NCBI GenBank assembly: GCA_965222375.1
Contig: CBDCTZ010000015.1
Coordinates: 1,536,001-1,600,000 of the forward strand
DNA length: 64,000 nt
Reading direction: 5' to 3'
Origin: Polyangiaceae bacterium
Lineage (GTDB): Bacteria > Myxococcota_A > Polyangia > Polyangiales > Polyangiaceae
The notes below the pieces were generated by a model, which did no database searches, had not been told where the DNA came from, and was given only the letters and a program-made list of their open reading frames with translations. Position numbers and translations under genes: made by a program. Below are positions 17,948-28,732 of this stretch, in pieces (position 1 is the first letter of the stretch; the number at the start of each line of letters is the position of its first letter).

Positions 17948-19825
17948 ATGCGCTGGTCAGTCCCCCTCACGGTTGTCATTGGTCTTGGTTTGGTCGCTTG
18001 CTCGTCGGCGACGGAAGGTCCGCCTCCGCCCACGCCTGGGGAGCACGCTCAAACTGAAGTTCTCGAACGCGTCTTCGCCGCTGGCGAGCTGAGCCAGAGC
18101 TTCGACTTGGTCGACGGCTACGCTCAATCCGCCGTGATGCCCGTCGAAGGCGGCGCCACCCGCGGTGGGTTCCTCGTCGACCTGCAAGAAGGGGTGGAGC
18201 AGCTGAACGTTGACCTCGAAGTACGCGGCGTTCACGAGGACGGCTCGGCAACCCCATGGGTGCCAGCCCAAGTCACCTGGCAAGAAGGTCCGTACGTGGT
18301 GTTGCGCGCCGACCTGCCCGAACAGGTGACGGCAACCCAGATCCGGCTGCCTTATGAGCAGGCCCAGGGAATCGCCCAGTTGACCTACAGCGCCCTGATC
18401 CCAGCGCCGGAGCAGAAAGCCGACGACAGCGGAGGCCTGGGCACGACCCAAGAGGCGCTCAGCTCAGACCTCTCAGGCGCGATCAAGTCCCGTTCTGCGT
18501 GGAAGGCGCGCAGCAGCAAGTGCGGCGGCAGCGACAACAACAAGTACCGCTTTGCCATCCACCACACCTACACGCCCACGAATTCGTCGGCAGGCTACGA
18601 AGCACGGCTACGTTCAATCCAGGCGTACCACATGGACACACGCAACTGGTGCGATGTGGGCTACCACTTTCTGGTGACCGAAGATGGTCGGGTGTGGGAA
18701 GGGCGCCCCCTCAAATTCCGCGGCGCCCACGTGGCCAACAACAATACCGGCAACATCGGCATCTCCTATGTTGGCTGTTTCCACCCGGGTGCCTGCTCCA
18801 AGATTTCCAACACCACCGTTCCGACGGATGCCGCCGTCAACGGCGGAGGCAAAGCGCTTGGCATCCTAGCCAAGAAGTACGGGATCCCCCTGACGAGCTC
18901 GAAAGTCCTCGGGCACCGCGATCACAAAGGCGCGTCCACATCATGCCCCGGTGACAAGCTGCACAGTCGCCTCCACGACTTGATCAGCATCGCCAAAGGC
19001 GACACGAAGCCGCCGCCACCGCCGCCGCCACCCGAAGATGCGCGCGTGCTCGGTGTGGTTTGGAATTTGGCGTATGAAGGCGGGCCCGGAACCTCTCAGC
19101 GCGTAACCGACGCTACGGTCGGCATTCAAGGTGGGCCAAGCACGAAGGTGCGCGCGAGCGACTCTTTTTGGAGCTTCAGGGTCGCCCCGGGCACCTACAC
19201 ACTCGTGGCCTCGGCGCCAGGTTTCGACAGCATAACCAAGCAGGTAACGCTCGGGGAGGGCGACACCTGGTCGTCCGTTGGCCTGAACCCCACCACCATC
19301 AACGGATTCGTCAACGTCAAGGTGTCCGGCGGCGGGAAGACCCTCGGGTCCGGCATCGTCGTCGTCCCCGGCGTCAGCGCTCATCGCGCGGGCAGTGGGG
19401 GTCTGGTCCAACTCGAGCTGCCGCCCGGGCAGGCCAATCTGGAAGTGTTCCACGAGGGCTACGCTTCGAAGACCCTTACCGTCGACGTTCAGGCCGGAGC
19501 TACAACCCCGGTGACCGCATCACTCACCGCACAGAGCACGCCGCCTGCATCGGGTCGTATTCAGGGAGTCGTTTGGGACAAGTCGGTGACCTCGTCGCCA
19601 TCATCGTCCGGCAACAAGCGAGTTGATCAAGCCATTGTCGCGTGCTCTTGCGGTCAGGCCCTCAAGGCCCGCGCCGGAGATGCCTACTGGTACTTCGACG
19701 CCCCGGCAGGCAATCACACCTTCACCGTGTACGCGGACGGCTACGGCACGGCCGTCAAGAACGCCGACATCTCCAGCGGCGGGAAGGCCTGGGGTTCCGT
19801 CGGAGTCACGCCGGCCAGCAACTAG
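17948..19825 (+). CDS. Lipoprotein N-acetylmuramoyl-L-alanine amidase (PGRP/Amidase_2) with C-terminal beta-sandwich domains
   Basis: Lipobox LVAC; IHHT, WCDVGYHFLV..DGRVWEGR, GAHV, GHRD...TSCPG. Confidence 0.9.
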   Translation: MRWSVPLTVVIGLGLVACSSATEGPPPPTPGEHAQTEVLERVFAAGELSQSFDLVDGYAQSAVMPVEGGATRGGFLVDLQEGVEQLNVDLEVRGVHEDGSATPWVPAQVTWQEGPYVVLRADLPEQVTATQIRLPYEQAQGIAQLTYSALIPAPEQKADDSGGLGTTQEALSSDLSGAIKSRSAWKARSSKCGGSDNNKYRFAIHHTYTPTNSSAGYEARLRSIQAYHMDTRNWCDVGYHFLVTEDGRVWEGRPLKFRGAHVANNNTGNIGISYVGCFHPGACSKISNTTVPTDAAVNGGGKALGILAKKYGIPLTSSKVLGHRDHKGASTSCPGDKLHSRLHDLISIAKGDTKPPPPPPPPEDARVLGVVWNLAYEGGPGTSQRVTDATVGIQGGPSTKVRASDSFWSFRVAPGTYTLVASAPGFDSITKQVTLGEGDTWSSVGLNPTTINGFVNVKVSGGGKTLGSGIVVVPGVSAHRAGSGGLVQLELPPGQANLEVFHEGYASKTLTVDVQAGATTPVTASLTAQSTPPASGRIQGVVWDKSVTSSPSSSGNKRVDQAIVACSCGQALKARAGDAYWYFDAPAGNHTFTVYADGYGTAVKNADISSGGKAWGSVGVTPASN

Positions 19826-19876
19826 TTGACTACTATTCGAGCGACAGCTCGGCGCGGTGCGGTACACTGCCGGGCC

Positions 19877-20206
19877 ATGGCTGCCAAGAAGCGCACGCGC
19901 AAGCAGGCAAGCGAGAGCGTGCGCCCCTTCCAGGAGGTGTGGCGCGTCGTGCGGAGCATTCCCCGCGGCAAGGTCGCGACTTATGGCCAGGTGTCTCGCA
20001 TGATCGACAGACGCCTAACGCCCGTGGGCGTGGGTTGGGCGCTGTCTGGCGCACCCGATGACGTGCCTTGGCAGCGCGTGATCGACTCCAAGGGGGGGAT
20101 CTCGACAGAACGCCAGCACGAAGGGCTGCAGCGCTCGATGCTCGAAGCCGAAGGCGTGCGTTTCGACGACAGCGGGCACGTCGACCTGAAGCGCTATCAG
20201 TGGTGA
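19877..20206 (+). CDS. atl: Alkyltransferase-like (ATL/YbaZ, MGMT family) protein
   Basis: IPRGKVATYGQV, VGWAL, PWQRV (Trp replaces catalytic Cys), QRSMLEAEGV. Confidence 0.88.
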   Translation: MAAKKRTRKQASESVRPFQEVWRVVRSIPRGKVATYGQVSRMIDRRLTPVGVGWALSGAPDDVPWQRVIDSKGGISTERQHEGLQRSMLEAEGVRFDDSGHVDLKRYQW

Positions 20207-20458
20207 ATTGCCTCTGAGGGCTGAGTGTGCGCGGCGCTCGGTGCGGATCTCGCGGCGCGCCCGCCCTCACGCGGCAGGGTCTCATCAACCCTGCTGACAC
20301 CACGCTGACAGGACGCCTCTCGTAGTCTCGGAGCTCCTTCGAAACCGGCGGGATCCCGGCCAGCTTTGCACTTCTTAACGAGTTTGCGGCACCTATTAAA
20401 CACTCGCACCCGCGGCGGGCACTTAGCCTCAGGCAGAGCCGAAATGGAGGACAGTGCG

Positions 20459-20745
20459 ATGGATGTCATGAGTGAATTGCTGAATACCGTCTCAGGAGTC
20501 GTGTCGCTCCCGCAGGGCAATCACCACGTGATCCGCAACGCCAGCGCTGCCCTCGCCGACTCGCGCGAAGTGGCTTCCTCCGCAAGCCTCGTTGCCGTGC
20601 AATTCGAGCTTGGAGAGACGGAAATGCCAGTGCTCCGGCTTCTTACGGGTCGGATGCAGCTTTCTCCAAAGCCTTCAAGCGGCACTTTGGTTGTGCACCA
20701 CGGGCCGATCGCCGAGCGGCACGATCCGCACCCGCAGCGGCCTAG
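20459..20745 (+). pseudogene. Collapsed AraC-family regulator
   Basis: GGAGG RBS and MDVMSELLNTV; LPQGNHHVIR; in another frame YGSDAAFSKAFKRHFGCAP (AraC second HTH), stop at 20745. Confidence 0.75.
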
Positions 20746-20781
20746 CTGGCAGCCGACGAGCCAAGGCGCGAACGCCATGGG

Positions 20782-21420
20782 TTATTTCCCTGCGGGCAGT
20801 TCGCTTTCGCGATGAGCTTCGATGACCGTCAGCTCGCTGCAAGGCTTACCCACTGCGGCCTTGATTGAATCGTTCGAGCCGCAGTCGCTCATCTCCTTGC
20901 CGGGGTAGCTCACGCGGGTCTTGCGAGCCTCGATGCGTATGCGGCCGGGTCCCGCGCGCCGCAGGGCCAGCGCCTCCGCGTCACTGTCACAGATCCCGTC
21001 CTTGGGCATTGCGCTCTTGCCGATGTCGCCCTTCGGCGCTGCTTCATCAAGCGCCCTGGTGAACACCACAGGGTGGTAGACTTGGAGCCCCGTCTCTTGC
21101 TTGGCGAGTCGAATGCAGTCGACCCGGTTGGTTTGCCCACCCCCAGTGAGGATCCGGTTGCCAAAGCTATCGGCAAATCGCAAGTAGTAGAACTTCACCT
21201 TGGGATCGACTATCGGTCCTTCGCTCTCGCATCCCGAGCGGTTTCTCGTGATGCGGTCGACGGCGTAGATCCCCTCGAAGCTGGCGGGTTTCTTCTCTCC
21301 GCTAGCCGAAGTGGCGGCCGGCGCGGTTGGGCCGGCGGAGGACGAACTTCGCGCAGCATCCCGATCCGACTTACAAGCGCAGCAGAGTGCCGAGATGACG
21401 AGAATGCTCAGACATCGCAT
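20782..21420 (-). CDS. Hypothetical lipoprotein
   Basis: MRCLSILVISALCCAC signal; GAGGAG RBS. Confidence 0.7.
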   Translation of the reverse strand: MRCLSILVISALCCACKSDRDAARSSSSAGPTAPAATSASGEKKPASFEGIYAVDRITRNRSGCESEGPIVDPKVKFYYLRFADSFGNRILTGGGQTNRVDCIRLAKQETGLQVYHPVVFTRALDEAAPKGDIGKSAMPKDGICDSDAEALALRRAGPGRIRIEARKTRVSYPGKEMSDCGSNDSIKAAVGKPCSELTVIEAHRESELPAGK

Positions 21421-21522
21421 GTGAGGAGCATCCTAGCCCGATGCCGACGGCGCGAAACCTGCTCCGTGGCACAATCAGGCCCAACTCTTGATGGTATGCA
21501 CATTGCAAATCCAGTGGCAGGG

Positions 21523-21969
21523 ATGGACCACCTAACAGCAACTCGTCAGCGTGCTGGGTGCCATGTTCAGGGTCTGGCGCTGGCAATCGGGCTTATCATC
21601 TCCTGCAGTGGGGGCAGCGACGAACCAGACGGCGCAGGCGGGACTGGGGGGTCCGCTGCGGCAGGCGATGCCGGCAGCAGTGGTGGTGCCTCCAGCGGCG
21701 GGGGCGGCGGCGGTTGCAGCGGCTTCCACGAGACCGACTGCGGTGGCGCATACTGCGTGGACACGCACGATGATCCAAACAACTGCGGCTTATGCGGCAA
21801 TGTCTGCCCCAGCACCTTCGGCTGCCAAGGTGGGTTCTGCGCCTGTGTGTTCGGCGGAACCGAGTGCAACAAGAGATGCGTCGACCTCCAGACCGATCCC
21901 ACGCACTGCGGTGCTTGCAACAACCCGTGCGCTGACGGCCCGTCCTGCGTGGATGGTCAATGCGTCTGA
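21523..21969 (+). CDS. Cys-rich lipoprotein (Stig1/MXAN_6577-like repeats); start uncertain
   Basis: IISC lipobox; CVDTHDDPNNCGLCGNVC and CVDLQTDPTHCGACNNPC. Confidence 0.75.
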   Translation: MDHLTATRQRAGCHVQGLALAIGLIISCSGGSDEPDGAGGTGGSAAAGDAGSSGGASSGGGGGGCSGFHETDCGGAYCVDTHDDPNNCGLCGNVCPSTFGCQGGFCACVFGGTECNKRCVDLQTDPTHCGACNNPCADGPSCVDGQCV

Positions 21970-21996
21970 CCCCTGGCCCCCGAGGGCCTGGGCTTT

Positions 21997-22971
21997 TCAA
22001 CCCGCCAGCGGCGCGAGGTTCTTCTCGAGGCGCGGCTTTGGATCGCCGAGAGCGGGCGCAAAGTCCGTGCCGGTGATCGTCTCGACGGCAATGGCATAGC
22101 GCCGGCTCGCTTCGATGCGGATCGCGTCCGGGACCGGCGGAATGGGCCCGTCCCCCATGAAACCTTGGCTGGCGAGGTAGCGCCGAACGTGTTCCTTGTC
22201 GAAGCTGCCGGGATCTTCGCCAGCCGACATTTTCGCCTCGTAGCTGTCGCTGAACCAATAGCGCGAGGAATCTGGCGTGTGGATCTCGTCGATCAAGACG
22301 ATCTCACCCTCGGGCGTCTTGCCCAGCTCGTACTTGGTGTCCACCAGGATCAGCCCGCGCTCGGCGCAAACCTTCTGGCCAAAGGAAAACAGAGCCAGCG
22401 CCATCTCCGCGGCGCGGTCGAACTCGTCGGGCGGCATCTTGGTGAGTTCCAAGATCTCCTCCCGACTCGCCGAGACGTCGTGGTCGCCCTTTGCGGCCTT
22501 GGTGCTTGGCGTCACGATGGGCTTGGGCAGCCTCTCGTGCTTTCGCAAGCCGTCGGGAAGATCGTGACCACAGAATTTGCGGGCGCCGCCTTCGTAGTGA
22601 ACCCAAATGCTCGTGGAGGTCGTGCCCGTCAGGTAGGCGCGCACCACCATTTCGACGGGTAGTGGCGTGCACTCCCGCACCAACATGGCGTTGGGATCCG
22701 GAACCGAGAGCAGGTGGTTGGGCGCGATGTGCGCTGACTGCTCGAACCACCACGCCGCCACTCGATTCAGCAATTGGCCCTTGAAGGGCAGGGTACCCAA
22801 GATGCGGTCGAAAGCGCTGATGCGGTCTGTGACCACGATCACGCGCCGTCCGTCCGGCAAGCTGTAGTTGTCGCGGACCTTGCCCTCGTACTTCTTGCCT
22901 AGAGCCGAAAAGTCCGTCTCGGTGAGGGGGCAGGCCAAGGCCTCGTTCAGGGCAGCATCCGTGAGGGGCAC
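21997..22971 (-). CDS. purC: SAICAR synthetase
   Basis: YEGKVRD, TDRISAFD, ILVDTKYELG, DEIHTPDSSRYW, SFDKE. Confidence 0.96.
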   Translation of the reverse strand: MPLTDAALNEALACPLTETDFSALGKKYEGKVRDNYSLPDGRRVIVVTDRISAFDRILGTLPFKGQLLNRVAAWWFEQSAHIAPNHLLSVPDPNAMLVRECTPLPVEMVVRAYLTGTTSTSIWVHYEGGARKFCGHDLPDGLRKHERLPKPIVTPSTKAAKGDHDVSASREEILELTKMPPDEFDRAAEMALALFSFGQKVCAERGLILVDTKYELGKTPEGEIVLIDEIHTPDSSRYWFSDSYEAKMSAGEDPGSFDKEHVRRYLASQGFMGDGPIPPVPDAIRIEASRRYAIAVETITGTDFAPALGDPKPRLEKNLAPLAG

Positions 22972-23150
22972 GGCCCGCAGGGTACTCCGCTTTTTCGGCC
23001 TGGGGAGGGCCAGAGATCACCCGGGTGATTTTTTTTGGAACCCCGGCGAAAGGGCGCTGTCAGAGTATTCCGTTCGCATCACGACGCATCGCACAGGGGC
23101 GGCGCGTGGGCGGACCTGACACCGGGTGCTCTGCCCGAGGAGGATTGACT

Positions 23151-23537
23151 ATGCGACGCGTGGTAGCGGGGATTTTTGCGCTTTCTGTTGGCCTACTCTC
23201 TTTTGGCGAGTCCGCGAACTCGGCCAGCCTGACCCTGGACGTCGAATCCGCCGGGGCCGACGAAACCGCGAGCGATTGCGTCGGCTTCCGCAAGAGCGAC
23301 ACCGAAAAGGGCCTCGTCTTCGAGGCCTCCAGCAGCTGCAACCAGAAGCTCAACTGCTCCCTGTCCTGGGTTCTGACCTGCTCGACCGACAAAGGCAAGG
23401 TCACTCAGCGCGCGCCCCAGAGTCGCCGCTTCACCCTGGCCGCCAACGCCTCGACCGAAGAGACCGCCAGCGCCGGCAGCTGCAAGCAGAGTTGGCGCAT
23501 CGACGACGTGCGCTGGAGCTGCCAGGAAGCCAAGTAG
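23151..23537 (+). CDS. Small secreted Cys-containing hypothetical protein
   Basis: GAGGAGGA RBS; signal peptide; six Cys. Confidence 0.75.
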   Translation: MRRVVAGIFALSVGLLSFGESANSASLTLDVESAGADETASDCVGFRKSDTEKGLVFEASSSCNQKLNCSLSWVLTCSTDKGKVTQRAPQSRRFTLAANASTEETASAGSCKQSWRIDDVRWSCQEAK

Positions 23538-23618
23538 GCTGCGGCGCCAGCTCAGGTGGCGTGCTTTTCAGCGCGCGAGCGGGGGGCATGACCCGCTCAC
23601 CCGGGAAACGCTCGCGCG

Positions 23619-24620
23619 TCAGCGTGGGATGACAAGGGCACAGCGCTCGTTGACGCATTGTAGAGATGGGTCGCAACAGTCCCCACTGCTAGCACACTTG
23701 TCGAACTCCTTTGAGCACTCATTGTTTTTCTTGCCGCAGGTCTGCTTACCGGTTTTTGGATCCACTTGGCAGAAACCTTCGCAGCATTCGTCGCCGCTCG
23801 TACACTGCGTTCCGTTGGCTTTGCACGGGTCCAGCACCCAGAACCCTCGTGCATTGCCTGCCAACAACTCCTGCGCGGGCACATAGAACGCGGGATGGCT
23901 CGGATCAGTGCCGGGTTTCGCATTCAGATCGATCGCCGCCACCCAGAGCTTCTTCGTGGTCGTATTCTTGATGAGGTCGTGCTTCCTCGGATCGCTGGCC
24001 CAAGGGTCGATGGTTGCCACGCTGCCGTACATTCGACGGCTCAAGAAGACAATCCACGCGTAGCCTCCGGAAGGCACGGGTCCCACGGTGGGTTCGTAGT
24101 TGAGAACAGAGTCGTCCGAGTGGTTGTTGGGCCCAGTGGGCAGATAACCCTTGCCGTTCGCTCGGTCCAAACGCGTTGCGGTTGCCGTCTTCGTATCTAC
24201 CCACCAGAGCTCGCCTTTCGTCCCATTCCGGGTTTCGAACTGGTCTTTCGGAATGCCCACGCCCAGCTCCATCGTTTGGAACACCACGCCGTTGGCCGTG
24301 GGCAGAAAGCTGGGCCAAGCAGGACGCTGGGGACTCTTGCTCTTGTACAAGAGCCGGCCATTTGAAAATGTGCTCGTGGTTCGATCGAAGTCCATGATCG
24401 CGAGCTGTGTGCCGTTGCCCGCTCCCGTGCCCGCATTGCCTGGGCCCGCGTACAGGTTGAAAGCAACACTCTTGTCATTCGGCGCGAAAGTCGGAAAGCC
24501 TGCGCGCGACACGAAGGTGCTCAAACCCGTCGTGGGAATGGACTGTCCACTCGCCATGTCGAATAGCTTGCTTTGGGCTGCATGTGATGTGTTGCCGCCA
24601 ATCTTGGCAGAACGGTCCTT
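23619..24620 (-). pseudogene. C-terminal part of a TolB-like beta-propeller protein with Cys-rich tail (5'-truncated)
   Basis: FPTFAPN, AWPSFLP, NYEPTVGP..SGGYAWIVFLSRR.YG, KKLWVAAID..PGTDPSHPAFY..QEL; no signal peptide or convincing start. Confidence 0.65.
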
Positions 24621-24755
24621 GAAGAGCCGAATCTCAACGAGCCCACACCCCCAAGTTGTGTGATCGACATGCCATCTGGGGTTCCTAACCCTGGTTGCGG
24701 GACAGGACGGCGTGCCCCGCGCTGGCTTGAGGCGCCGCAAATCCTTGTACAACGG

Positions 24756-25925
24756 CTAGTTGTTGTTCAGCGTGTCCGCTCCCCACTTGCAGATGCGATT
24801 CTTGATCGTGGGGAACGCGTCGCAGGTCTGAATGCAGTACACACGCTCGCCAACGAACGGAGCGGCGAGATCAACATTGCCGTTCTTGATCGTGCAAGCC
24901 GCGACAGGAGCGGGGATGAGCCATTCATCCCGCCAGCGACAAGAGCGATTCACAGCATGGTTGAAGCTGTCGCACAGCTTCTGGCAGCTCGGGCGGAGCG
25001 CCCAACCGGCCAGAATGGTCTTCTGCCACGGAGCGGCCATGGGAGCGACTGACCAGAGAATGGCACCATCTCCGCCCTTGATCATGCAGTGAGCGATCTC
25101 GGGGGCGTTGTGGAGCCACTCGTCTCCCCATCGGCACTGGCGTCCCGCCTGAGTGTGGCTGTTGCAAAGGGACTGACACTTGGACCGCGTCAGTTTCTGC
25201 ACTGGCGCGAGCTGCAGACCCAGGCCGCCATCGATATCGCAGTCCTGGACTGCATCGCCAAATACGCGTTGGTCGAGCGTGCTCGGCGTGGACACCTTCG
25301 CATTGGTTCCGCGGAGTTTCAGCGTGTGTCCGGCTCCGTCGAGGTACCCAGCTGGAAGCGTCCAAGTGAAGCCGTTTTCGCAGCCATCGCAGATCCCTGC
25401 CAAATCTGTCGTTACCGCACTTGCGACCAAAGTATCTTCGACCTTGTCGTCCACGAGTAGCTGGACTGTTACCAATCGCGTTGGATCTTGAAGATCGAGC
25501 GCCCAGCCGCTGACTTTTCCGTTGCTTATTTCGGTGACCGCGCCAGCGAGCGCTACATCGCCCCCCGCTACGAGGCGTGCGGTGACCGGTGGCGAAGCGG
25601 GAAAGTCGCACGCCTTGCAGCAACTACCCTGCTCGCAGCGTTCCCCAGCGGAGATGTTGACGTACCCATCTCCGCAGCGCGACAGAGTGCAATCTGCGTT
25701 GCAGGCGGCGGTTTCCGTACCTTCGTCGCATTCCTCATCCGCGTCGACGATCTTGTCACCGCAATTTGGGGGAATGCCTCCTCCCGTTCCACCACCGCCC
25801 GTGTTACCGCTGCCGGCAGTGCCGGCGTTTCCGGCTGTGGCCATGGAATCGTCCGAACATGCCGTCCCTACCGCGGCAAAGACCACCACCGACGAAGTGC
25901 CGAGCAAGATCGCCGCGCGCTTCAT
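24756..25925 (-). CDS. Lipoprotein with myxococcal Cys-rich repeat, beta-sandwich and three Cys/Trp repeats
   Basis: Lipobox [41 protein letters not shown] coupling to the sulfatase. Confidence 0.8.
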   Translation of the reverse strand: MKRAAILLGTSSVVVFAAVGTACSDDSMATAGNAGTAGSGNTGGGGTGGGIPPNCGDKIVDADEECDEGTETAACNADCTLSRCGDGYVNISAGERCEQGSCCKACDFPASPPVTARLVAGGDVALAGAVTEISNGKVSGWALDLQDPTRLVTVQLLVDDKVEDTLVASAVTTDLAGICDGCENGFTWTLPAGYLDGAGHTLKLRGTNAKVSTPSTLDQRVFGDAVQDCDIDGGLGLQLAPVQKLTRSKCQSLCNSHTQAGRQCRWGDEWLHNAPEIAHCMIKGGDGAILWSVAPMAAPWQKTILAGWALRPSCQKLCDSFNHAVNRSCRWRDEWLIPAPVAACTIKNGNVDLAAPFVGERVYCIQTCDAFPTIKNRICKWGADTLNNN

Positions 25926-27574
25926 GTCGCCGTCTCGTCGACCGGGGCTCGCGCGAGCAAGAGCTGTCGGAGGGAGCGGCGCACCCCGGCGTGAGCACTC
26001 CACGCTGAGTACAAGAGGTTGTCCTTCTCCTGGGGGTCGGCTTTCAGGTCGTAGAGTTCTTCGAACAAGCCACCGGTCTTCTCTGGGTACGACACGTACC
26101 GCCAACGGTCGGTGCGGAGGGAGTGGACGACGGGGTCGAGGCTAGGGGTGAGATCCACTCGGTAGCTGGTGATGGCGGCGCTTGGCCACGGGAGGGACGG
26201 ATCCTCCAGCACCGGTCGTAGGCTCTGGCCGTCGAGCTCTTGCGGCGGGGCTGGGCCTTGTCCGTCAAAGGCGAGGTCGACGAGGGTCGGGAAGATGTCG
26301 AGTAGGCTGCTCACCGCCGAGGTGCGAACGTTCTGCGCGCCGCCGGGCGCACTGATGATGAAGGGAACCCGCGCTGAGCGCTCCCACAGCTTGAACTTCC
26401 GCCAGCCGAGTTTTTCGCCGAGAAACCAACCGTGATCGCTCCACAATACGATGATCGTGTTGTCAGCTACCGCGGACGCCTCGAGGGCATCGAGGACCTG
26501 ACCCAAACACTCGTCGGTGAAGGAAGTGCTCGCGAGATAGGCCTGGATCGCCTGGGCATGGCCACCGCGGCCTTCGACGTAAGGCATCTGATCGAGGTCG
26601 TAGTGGTCGGTTGTCGATGATGGCCCGCTTTCGTTGGTGGCCCAATGGGTCTCCAACATGTACTGCTTGGCGAAGGGTGGCAGGTCCGTAATGTCCGCTT
26701 CTGCCGCAGAGAAATCGGGCACCTGGATCGCCTTCAATGGGTACATGTCGTAGAAGCGGCTCGGGACGTACCAGGAGATGTGCGGGCGAAAGAAGCCAAG
26801 GCCCAAGAAGAATGGTGTCCCATTCGCACTCGCCTGCTCGAGGTGTCCGGCTGCCCAGGTGGCAAGGGATTTGTCTGGCGTAAGCGCCTCTTGGGCCGGG
26901 TTGTCGTAGGCTCGGCCGATCATCGCCTGTAGACGGCCATCCGAGCTGCTGGGGGAGCGATAATTGACTTTCGTCGCTTCGAAGTTGTGCACCCGGTATT
27001 CATCCCAAACACCAGAATCGTAGTGCCCAAAGATAGGTTTGGCGACACCCGAGGGGCTGCCGTAGCCGCCGTGAAAGATTTTCCCACCGCCTAGCAGCCG
27101 ATACCCCTGCTGTTTGAAGTAGCGAGGCAGCGACCACAAGTCCGTATAGGGAACCCGGCCGAGCACCTCCTTCTTCACGTTTGGGTCGATGATGTTTTCC
27201 TGGGAATACAAGCCGGAGCGATAGGGGGCGATGCCCGACAGGGTGGCGCTCCGCGAGCCACCGCAGGAAGGCACCGAGCAGTAGGCGCGCTCGAAGGCGA
27301 CGCCTTGCGCGGCAAGGCGGTCGATGTTGGGGGTCTTGATACCGGGGTAGCCGCCGAGCACCGAGGCGAAGTCATTCAAATCATCGATCGAGATGAAAAG
27401 AATGTTGGGTCGTTTCGTCGGAAAGCAAATGGGTTCTTTCGGGAGCGCGGAGCGTCGCACGCGTGACGGAGACGGTGCATCTCGACCACAGGCGACGGCC
27501 CCGAGCGCGCTCAGGCCGGCATTCACAAACCCACGTCGTGTCAACCGGCTGCGAAATCGTTTCACGTGATTCAC
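25922..27574 (-). CDS. Sulfatase (iduronate/choline sulfatase-like), Tat-lipoprotein
   Basis: TRRGF plus [54 protein letters not shown]. Confidence 0.92.
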   Translation of the reverse strand: MNHVKRFRSRLTRRGFVNAGLSALGAVACGRDAPSPSRVRRSALPKEPICFPTKRPNILFISIDDLNDFASVLGGYPGIKTPNIDRLAAQGVAFERAYCSVPSCGGSRSATLSGIAPYRSGLYSQENIIDPNVKKEVLGRVPYTDLWSLPRYFKQQGYRLLGGGKIFHGGYGSPSGVAKPIFGHYDSGVWDEYRVHNFEATKVNYRSPSSSDGRLQAMIGRAYDNPAQEALTPDKSLATWAAGHLEQASANGTPFFLGLGFFRPHISWYVPSRFYDMYPLKAIQVPDFSAAEADITDLPPFAKQYMLETHWATNESGPSSTTDHYDLDQMPYVEGRGGHAQAIQAYLASTSFTDECLGQVLDALEASAVADNTIIVLWSDHGWFLGEKLGWRKFKLWERSARVPFIISAPGGAQNVRTSAVSSLLDIFPTLVDLAFDGQGPAPPQELDGQSLRPVLEDPSLPWPSAAITSYRVDLTPSLDPVVHSLRTDRWRYVSYPEKTGGLFEELYDLKADPQEKDNLLYSAWSAHAGVRRSLRQLLLARAPVDETAT

Positions 27575-27823
27575 GATATTCAGACCACCAGGAGAGGTCA
27601 ACAAGGGCGGCGTCACGCATGCCTGGACAGCGCAACCCATTTCCCGAAGTACAAGCCGTTGAGATAGGGCTCGCCACGCAGTTCAGAGACGACTTCCACC
27701 AACAATTCACAGGGACCTCTTTGGCGGCCCAGCAACCGATGGAGCTGGGATCTCCTCACCGACACCATGCAGCGCGGCTTCCGGGTTCGGCTGGCATTGG
27801 CGACGGATGATCCCCGCCTGGAT

Positions 27824-28732
27824 TCAATTCCCACAGGACGAAAGGTACGTAACGCGGACTGCAATGGCGTCCACCTGCGCCGACGGCCCAGTGCAATCGA
27901 GCCCGAAGCATTCGGCTATCAGATAGACCGCGAGGGTCCCGCCACCGATCATGGCTGACAGCGTCGGGTGACTGATATTCCAGAGGTCAGTGGCGCTACC
28001 ATATACGACGCTCGCGTCCGCCGTACCCCAGCTACCGGCTGGTAGGGTGGCTGAACCCTTGGGTCCCGTAGGATCGGCGAGATGCAGTGCTTGGTCGCGG
28101 ACAGAATCGTGCACAGTGGCCTTGCGTTCGACTCTGACTTCCACGCCTCTGATCTTCGAGTTGGTGGGGATCTTTAGCTCGAAACTATTCACGACCAGAA
28201 TACTGGAGCTCCTCACCGACGTAGTGAACAGCGCAATTGCGTATGCATTGTCGCTGGCTTTGGCATTGTTCGCCGAAGACCAGGTCACACCGGTGGAGCC
28301 AGATTGGTTGGTGGAAAAGGCAACCGTGGGGTGCTTCCATCCTGTGTCCTTGGCGACCGGCACGCAGCCGCCACTACCACCGGAAGGGAGACCGGCGGTA
28401 CCGCCACCGGAAGGGTTGCCCGCGGTACCTCCACCACCGGAAGGGAGACCAGCGGTGCCGCCACTACCACCGGAAGGGAGACCGGCGGTACCGCCACTAC
28501 CACCGGAAGGGACGCCAGCCGTGCCACCGCTACCGCCGCCACTGATCCCGGCGGTCGCGCCACTACCAGAAGCACCGGCACTACCGCTAGCGTTTCCCAC
28601 GCCTCCGCTCCCCGCGCCACCTCGCCCCCCAGCGCTGTATTCATTCAGGTCTTTGGCGGAACAAGCCCAAGCGAGACTCACTCCAAGAAAACCAAGAGAG
28701 AGCAACTCGAACCGTGAAACACCGCGGAGCAC
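27824..28732 (-). CDS. Gly-rich linker lipoprotein with C-terminal beta domain
   Basis: GTG 28732 MLRGVSRFELLSLGFLGVSLAWAC; (SGGTAGLPSGG)n; IPTNSKIRGVEVRVER...YGSATDLW...VDAIAVRVTY. Confidence 0.75.
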   Translation of the reverse strand: MLRGVSRFELLSLGFLGVSLAWACSAKDLNEYSAGGRGGAGSGGVGNASGSAGASGSGATAGISGGGSGGTAGVPSGGSGGTAGLPSGGSGGTAGLPSGGGGTAGNPSGGGTAGLPSGGSGGCVPVAKDTGWKHPTVAFSTNQSGSTGVTWSSANNAKASDNAYAIALFTTSVRSSSILVVNSFELKIPTNSKIRGVEVRVERKATVHDSVRDQALHLADPTGPKGSATLPAGSWGTADASVVYGSATDLWNISHPTLSAMIGGGTLAVYLIAECFGLDCTGPSAQVDAIAVRVTYLSSCGN

